From IMG/VR virus record IMGVR_UViG_3300024255_000011, positions 32,001 to 96,000 of that record: a stretch of DNA of 64,000 nt; one strand, 5' to 3'. The notes beneath the pieces are model-generated. The model was not told the DNA's origin. It made no database searches and saw nothing but the letters and a program-made list of their open reading frames with translations. The DNA comes from a virus. This document shows, piece by piece, positions 59,214 to 64,000 of the stretch; positions within the stretch are counted from its first letter, which is position 1, and each line of letters starts with the position of its first letter. The position numbers and the translations under genes were made by a program.

Positions 59214-61072
59214 TGTTTGGCAATCTTATTGTCAATAGAAGCACCGATTGAGGATTGTGCAATATCCATATTCAAGAATACTGATTCTTTAGCAATAATG
59301 TCCTGATTTCTCGGAATTGCTCGAATCTCAATCAACTCATTATCAGTGGTAACGTTGATGATCTTGATCGGTACCTTATACCCTAGGTAAATGTCACCAC
59401 TCTCGTAATCAACTGTCCCAAAGTAGTTATCTTTGATAATCTTATCATTTGTTTCAGTGTAGAAGAAGGTTCTGATGTTACCTTTAGTATCATCCTCCAT
59501 GTAATAAACCCTCTCATCAAAGATATCATTGATCTCCATCCTAAATCCTGTAGAACTAACAACAGGGTGGTTACAATCCAACTCAAAGGGGTTAGAGAAA
59601 CAGATAGAGTAAGTGGCGTTTGTGTTGATGACTGGTTCGATGTCCTTTCTCAACCTAAAGGAGGTGTTGTTCCTTGTAATTGAGTTATCTGAGTCATCAA
59701 TCATACCAACAACGAGTGAGTACCTTGCTGCACCCCCAAATTTGGAGACAACAGAACTCTCTTTGTATGAGGTTAGGGTATCCTTGACACTTGAGACAAT
59801 GGCAGAGGAGTCTTTATTGGTTCTTGACTCATCATAGAAGACAGTAGACACTATTTCTACATTGACAACGTCTGGATCCACAAAATTAAGGTCCAGTGAA
59901 GCGATTCTGTAAGGTTCTAGTGAACTTTTGATATAATTTTTAGTGATTGTTGAGATTTTATCACCAGTTGTGGGTTTGACTGCAATATAAATCCTTCCAT
60001 ATTGTGGAATGTCCAGTGTTTCTCCACCAAAGACATAAATGTCATCAACAGCAGGGAAAATTTGACGAATTATTGATTCATAATCCTCTGTTGTAACACA
60101 TCTTGTCTGTGCTGCGTAATGTTTTGGTGCTCTGTGCTTGATTGAATGTAAATCTTCAATTTCTGAACCAGAATTCATTACATAAAGATCAGTCAGGATA
60201 GAATCTTCATTAACACGACCCCCATAGGAATCAAATACCTTACCAATGAAGGTATAATTATTCACATCCTGTACACCATTAGCAAGATTGCCATTAGTAA
60301 CCAGATAAGTCACAGTAATTACTGCACCTGCCTCTAAAGACTTACCAAAGTAACCATCACCAAAAGTTAATTCATAATATGAATCCTTTGTTTCCTCAAC
60401 CCAGAATACTCTACTGTCCTGAGTCAATTTAACAAGGTTTGTTGCTTGTTTGTAATACCTTACACTCTCCTCAGTGGAGTCTTCCTGGACTTCAACTCTG
60501 ATAGTGGTTGTATCTACATTATTATTCTCTAACAGAAACTTCTGACTGAAGTCTGTCTTATCTACAGTGAAGGTGTGACTGAGTCTGATGCCTTCGTATG
60601 CTTTTACATTGTGAAATTTACATACACCAGAGGAGGAAACAATTGCTGCCACCTGTGCATCAAGAATGTTGAATGTAAAACTTGCTGTACCAGTTCCTGC
60701 TTGAAGAACTGATCCAGAACTAATTTCAAGAAACTCTGGGTATCCTTGAGGATAATTATCAAGGTTTAATCTTAGTTCAAGATCAAAGTTTGTAATGGCA
60801 CATCGTGCAGATGTTGGGAGGTAACCCAACATGTTAGCATTCTCTACAACATTTCCTCGGATTGATGCACTTGCCAAGAATGATTCATTGGCGACCATGT
60901 TGGTCGTGTATGCATTCAATTGTGCCTGATAAGCAATCAGATTTAATATGACTTGTAGGTTAGATCCTGCAAAATCATAGTCAGTAAACCGATTTGTCGA
61001 CTTCAGGTAATCAGTAAGATTCTGTTTAATATTCTCAAAGTCTACTTCAGTAAGTTTTATAGGTGCTGTCAT
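59210..61072 (-). CDS. gp6: Baseplate wedge subunit gp6
   Basis: DFENIKQNL..YL....FTDYDFAGSNL...NMVANESFL.SA..R...LGY.P; AQTRCVTTEDY; late promoter at 61094-61100. Confidence 0.95.
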   Translation of the reverse strand: MTAPIKLTEVDFENIKQNLTDYLKSTNRFTDYDFAGSNLQVILNLIAYQAQLNAYTTNMVANESFLASASIRGNVVENANMLGYLPTSARCAITNFDLELRLNLDNYPQGYPEFLEISSGSVLQAGTGTASFTFNILDAQVAAIVSSSGVCKFHNVKAYEGIRLSHTFTVDKTDFSQKFLLENNNVDTTTIRVEVQEDSTEESVRYYKQATNLVKLTQDSRVFWVEETKDSYYELTFGDGYFGKSLEAGAVITVTYLVTNGNLANGVQDVNNYTFIGKVFDSYGGRVNEDSILTDLYVMNSGSEIEDLHSIKHRAPKHYAAQTRCVTTEDYESIIRQIFPAVDDIYVFGGETLDIPQYGRIYIAVKPTTGDKISTITKNYIKSSLEPYRIASLDLNFVDPDVVNVEIVSTVFYDESRTNKDSSAIVSSVKDTLTSYKESSVVSKFGGAARYSLVVGMIDDSDNSITRNNTSFRLRKDIEPVINTNATYSICFSNPFELDCNHPVVSSTGFRMEINDIFDERVYYMEDDTKGNIRTFFYTETNDKIIKDNYFGTVDYESGDIYLGYKVPIKIINVTTDNELIEIRAIPRNQDIIAKESVFLNMDIAQSSIGASIDNKIAKQ

Positions 61073-61104
61073 GAGCTACCAACTCTTTAGATTTATTTAT
61101 GGGG

Positions 61105-61533
61105 TCACCTGGTGGGTGCCAGAATGTAGTCTACAAAGAATACCTGGTCATTACCAATGATTTCATACCATAAAGAAACCATAAATTCATTTCTGTCGTA
61201 TCTTGGCTCAACTTTTAACGTTTTTATCTTTGCTCTTGGTTCACCAAATGTGATAGATCTCTTAATTTCTGTTCTTAACATCTCTGCAGTTGATTCATCA
61301 ATCAAATCAAAGAGATAATGTCTGGTGTGAGAACCAATATCACGATTGAATGGCACTTCAGAGGGTGCAATCATGATTAAATTCTTGATTGCTGCGTTTA
61401 TTGCTCTTTCATTCAGTAAAACTGTGATATCATTCGTGATTGGATTGGGTTCAAATGATAAACTGATGTCTACAAATGTTTTTTGAGCCCTCGTAAGCTT
61501 AATTTTATCGACTGGTACGTTTATCGATTGCAT
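61105..61533 (-). CDS. gp25: Baseplate wedge subunit gp25 (start revised to ATG at 61533)
   Basis: FVDISLSFEPNPITNDI..L.NERAI..AIKNL....EVPF...IGS....LF...EPR. The ORF-track TTG start lies inside a hairpin. Confidence 0.92.
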   Translation of the reverse strand: MQSINVPVDKIKLTRAQKTFVDISLSFEPNPITNDITVLLNERAINAAIKNLIMIAPSEVPFNRDIGSHTRHYLFDLIDESTAEMLRTEIKRSITFGEPRAKIKTLKVEPRYDRNEFMVSLWYEIIGNDQVFFVDYILAPTR

Positions 61534-61539
61534 TGCATT

Positions 61540-61563
61540 AAAAAAGGAGGGCAATTCCCTCCT
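61540..61563 (-). terminator. Intrinsic terminator-like hairpin upstream of gp25
   Basis: Minus strand AGGAGGG-AATTG-CCCTCCT followed by a T run. Confidence 0.75.
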
Positions 61564-61569
61564 ATTTAT
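61563..61569 (-). promoter_or_regulatory. Late promoter (ATAAATA) for gp25
   Basis: Abuts the 5' arm of the hairpin and overlaps the upstream stop codon. Confidence 0.7.
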
Positions 61570-61739
61570 TAGTCAAATAGTGACTCTTCGTCCCACTGAG
61601 GGTATTTCTCCTTCAGTTTCTTGATTCTCGCCTGTTCCAAGTACTTATCAGATTCTGGATTAGTGATTAGTACCTTAGTTCCATGTTCCTGGAACATGGT
61701 TTCTTGCAAAAACTCTGGGTAAGCCTGTTCTTGTGTCAT
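61569..61739 (-). CDS. Small hypothetical protein (56 aa; below the ORF-track cutoff)
   Basis: Hand translation: MTQEQAYPEFLQETMFQEHGTKVLITNPESDKYLEQARIKKLKEKYPQWDEESLFD; late promoter at 61758-61764. Confidence 0.75.
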   Translation of the reverse strand: MTQEQAYPEFLQETMFQEHGTKVLITNPESDKYLEQARIKKLKEKYPQWDEESLFD

Positions 61740-61760
61740 AACTGTACTCGTTTTAAGTAT

Positions 61761-61907
61761 TTATTTGGTTCCTTGTCCACGATAACGCTTACGATTGCTG
61801 GAATTACTCTTTTTGGAGTACTTCGTGTTTTTGGAACGACCTTGATAAGTGCGCTTTTGGGTGGGAAGGATTACTTCGTCACCATTTTTTGTAAAGATTC
61901 TTGACAT
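61761..61907 (-). CDS. Small, highly basic protein (48 aa; below the ORF-track cutoff)
   Basis: Hand translation: MSRIFTKNGDEVILPTQKRTYQGRSKNTKYSKKSNSSNRKRYRGQGTK. The RK.YRGQG ending is familiar from T4-like marine phages; TAATG overlap with the upstream gene. Confidence 0.8.
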   Translation of the reverse strand: MSRIFTKNGDEVILPTQKRTYQGRSKNTKYSKKSNSSNRKRYRGQGTK

Positions 61908-62050
61908 TACAGTGATTTCTCCAAGTTAGTTAGTCTTTCATTCAATTTGTCCAGTCTTTCAAACACTTCATCTAAGATTTTAGGTAGATTTTGATGTGTT
62001 TTACGTCCTGGAGCTCGATACATGAGTTCTACTGACTCATTTTGTTCCAT
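61907..62050 (-). CDS. Small coiled-coil hypothetical protein (start revised to ATG at 62050)
   Basis: MEQNESVELMYRAPGRKTHQNL...LD....RL..LE; the revised start minimises overlap with the upstream gene. Confidence 0.65.
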   Translation of the reverse strand: MEQNESVELMYRAPGRKTHQNLPKILDEVFERLDKLNERLTNLEKSL

Positions 62051-62270
62051 AATATTCACTTGGGAGGGGTACTTCGCCTTGCCAAACGTAAGGAATGGTA
62101 GCAGTTCGAGCTGCTTGTGGTCCAAACCTTTGCCACATAGAGTAAAACTGATCTCTAAGTGACATAGAACAAGGAAACTTCTTCATATTTTCAAGTGTAA
62201 GAAGTAAAACTTCCTCCTCAACCTGCTGAGGAGTGATGTTGTAGTAATTAACCAATGTGGTTTCAGTCAT
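62037..62270 (-). CDS. Hypothetical protein
   Basis: ATG-initiated ORF tiling the region, preceded by a promoter-like sequence. Confidence 0.65.
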   Translation of the reverse strand: MTETTLVNYYNITPQQVEEEVLLLTLENMKKFPCSMSLRDQFYSMWQRFGPQAARTATIPYVWQGEVPLPSEYYGTK

Positions 62271-62291
62271 TATCGAGTGTGTAACTCATTT

Positions 62292-62300
62292 ATTATAACA
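62292..62300 (-). promoter_or_regulatory. Extended -10 sigma70-like promoter (TGtTATAAT)
   Basis: Perfect TATAAT with TGn, about 22 nt upstream of the ATG at 62270; the -35 match is weak. Confidence 0.55.
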
Positions 62301-62304
62301 CAAA

Positions 62305-62835
62305 TCACTGTACAATGTAATCTGGAGATGTACCCTCTGGATATGTGGAGTCAAAAATTTCATCCATTGTTGTCGCATTAAGAATTGAATCCAAAATACT
62401 CAAATATGCATTTGACTCAGATGTAATTCTGTTGATTGCAGTTTGGGCCAAAGAATGTCGTTGATTTTCTGGCAGTATAAACTGCAACATTAGAAGTTGA
62501 TCTGGAATAAAATTCTCATTGAAATTCTTTCTCTGAGGATTCAACAAGCTGTCTTTGACCAATCTCATAGCAATTTTCTTTGCTGTTTCCACATGGAAAA
62601 CGGGAACTCCATTTTCGATGTACATGGCATGTCTGAACCTAACGCTAAAGTTGATGTTATCCCTAGTGCCATGATCACCTGGGGCAAAAATCACATAATC
62701 TGTAATTGAATTTCTCTCAATGAATTTCTCTGCGTCATCAGTGTGATCAGGTTCGAAATATATTAAATCATACCCTTTAGAGCTGCCAACCGGCATGCCG
62801 TTGTTTAATACTTTATATAAGAGTGCTTGGGTCAT
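62305..62835 (-). CDS. Hypothetical protein, possibly a fibre assembly chaperone
   Basis: Follows fibre-tip-like genes; helical C-terminus ending 'ILNATTMDEI'; late promoter at 62857-62863. The function is inferred only. Confidence 0.55.
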   Translation of the reverse strand: MTQALLYKVLNNGMPVGSSKGYDLIYFEPDHTDDAEKFIERNSITDYVIFAPGDHGTRDNINFSVRFRHAMYIENGVPVFHVETAKKIAMRLVKDSLLNPQRKNFNENFIPDQLLMLQFILPENQRHSLAQTAINRITSESNAYLSILDSILNATTMDEIFDSTYPEGTSPDYIVQ

Positions 62836-62862
62836 AACATCATTATGGTTTATTATTATTTA

Positions 62863-63654
62863 TCATCTAGGTTGTGGATGTTTCCAAGCAAGCACAGAAA
62901 GAGAATAGTCAAGTGCGTCTATGTTTCCATCATCTTCTCTGTGAACCTTTAATTCTACTTTTGCTCCATTTCCACCCCTCGCATCAAGAAAAACTGAAGA
63001 TGCTATCTGCATACCCTTCATGCTATTTCCTTGATTAGAAAACACAACAGCCTGATAAGTGTTTTGCTTTGGTGCACCATTTGGGGAAATGTCAAGATCC
63101 AAAAATGCTCTACCTGATTTACCTGTTCCTCTACTAGCAGTGCTTCCCCACCAATCAGGTTCAGCTCCACCTAGACCAATCCACTCACCTAAATCTGTTA
63201 CTGGAACTTGAATAGTGACACAATTTCCATCAGCGTCACACTGTTCTTCATCTTTAAATCCCCACTGACTTCCACCAAACTCACCTGGACTTGAACCAGA
63301 TGGGGGATATGGAGGGGACCATGTAGGATCCCATGGTAACGGGATCGATGTTTGATTTTCTTGACAATTAAATGCACTATGACCAAATGCCATAAAGTGG
63401 TCAAACCCTGCAGGAATATTTATAGTGAGAATAGTTACGTGTCCATTTGTTAATTTAACAGAATTGTTCTTGAATATAGAATCAAAGTGCAAAGTGGAGT
63501 CTTGCAGTTCCTCATGAAAAGGAATGTTTTCCCATCTTGGGGTTGTGTTTCCTCCATTATTAACTAACATGTACCCAGATTTTCCTGGGTCACCATCCAG
63601 TAATATTTCACCTTGAGTGGTAAATACTACTTTTTCATTAACATCTGTTGACAT
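62863..63654 (-). CDS. Short fibre/tip protein
   Basis: 'DGDPGKSGYMLVNNG....PRW' fibre motif followed by a beta-rich domain with a Pro/Gly/Trp-rich loop. Confidence 0.6.
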   Translation of the reverse strand: MSTDVNEKVVFTTQGEILLDGDPGKSGYMLVNNGGNTTPRWENIPFHEELQDSTLHFDSIFKNNSVKLTNGHVTILTINIPAGFDHFMAFGHSAFNCQENQTSIPLPWDPTWSPPYPPSGSSPGEFGGSQWGFKDEEQCDADGNCVTIQVPVTDLGEWIGLGGAEPDWWGSTASRGTGKSGRAFLDLDISPNGAPKQNTYQAVVFSNQGNSMKGMQIASSVFLDARGGNGAKVELKVHREDDGNIDALDYSLSVLAWKHPQPR

Positions 63655-63693
63655 AACTATTAAGGAGTTTAAAGGACATTGTTACTAACATGA

Positions 63694-63999
63694 TTAGTCA
63701 GGGTCATGCCAAGAAAGAACACTAAGAGAACCATCAACCGCTATAACTGACGGCCCTCCATCCATAACTTTTCCCATTACTTTAACATTAAGTGGCGCAG
63801 TGTTTCCAGGAGTAATGACTGTGGTGTACACAGTTACTGACATTTGAGAACCCTTCATTTCTGCAAAGGTGGAATAACACATAGCTTGATAAGCTGCACT
63901 GTTATCATCAGGACCTTTTCTGCTCCTGATTGCATCCATAAAGATTCTGGGTCTAACCTGCTGAAACGTTTCAGACGTAACAGAAAAGACACAGGAAGC
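63694..63999 (-). CDS. Partial CDS (5' end outside the window), paralogue of 62863..63654
   Basis: The frame stays open from 63999 through the ORF-track ATG; C-terminal YQAMCYS...MKGSQM...SLSVLSW matches YQAVVFS...MKGMQI...SLSVLAW. Confidence 0.75.
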   Translation of the reverse strand, partial: ASCVFSVTSETFQQVRPRIFMDAIRSRKGPDDNSAAYQAMCYSTFAEMKGSQMSVTVYTTVITPGNTAPLNVKVMGKVMDGGPSVIAVDGSLSVLSWHDPD

Positions 64000-64000
64000 A

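Noticed and set aside
61534-61554. TTG start for gp25
   Set aside because: It lies within the hairpin, only 2 nt after GGAGGG; the ATG at 61533 is more plausible.
336-62709. Numerous plus-strand ORFs of 60-180 aa (e.g. 6096..6482, 34896..35348, 36714..37256, 39548..39991, 48356..48742, 61683..61904)
   Set aside because: They lie antisense within well-supported minus-strand genes, lack promoters and recognisable motifs, and are expected shadows of codon bias and repeats.
1143-63404. Short alternative-frame minus-strand ORFs nested in larger genes (e.g. 5141..5497, 33080..33430, 36953..37375)
   Set aside because: Off-frame products of repetitive coding sequence with no independent expression signals.
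1-64000. tRNA, rRNA, integrase, transposase or auxiliary metabolic genes
   Set aside because: None recognised; the intergenic gaps are too short or are accounted for by promoters and terminators.

Overview
This window is the virion-structural module of a T4-like myovirus, most likely a cyanophage; the gene content and style point that way but I cannot identify the isolate. Almost all genes are on the minus strand. In transcription order they are: two paralogous fibre-tip-like genes, several small conserved hypotheticals, baseplate gp25, gp6, gp7 and gp8, a 2584-aa VrlC/DUF4815-type structural protein, about 42 kb of roughly 25 fibre, adaptor and adhesin genes, then neck proteins gp13 and gp14 (partial). 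That 42-kb block sits where T4 has gp9-gp12 and wac. Nearly every gene has its own (A/C)TAAATA late promoter, and three intrinsic terminators are visible. The most striking observation is that the accessory block is built from a small vocabulary of terminal modules: an intact 'IxISxLP...DxFIV' domain, the same domain apparently split across gene boundaries, N-terminal 'FPxxP' domains, internal 'GDLW' repeats (three of them inside gp7), tiny two-ended adaptor proteins, and three fibre+adhesin gene pairs. Together these suggest a plug-and-socket, branched fibre assembly system. Also notable are a 2266-aa protein with 25 tandem four-cysteine modules, a 3007-aa protein with 10 repeats and a transmembrane-like helix, a mobile beta-rich insert in gp13, a lone antisense homing-endonuclease-like remnant with early and late promoters, and a perfect 25-bp duplication at an adhesin gene's 3' end. 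All family assignments come from motif recognition by eye; no searches were run.
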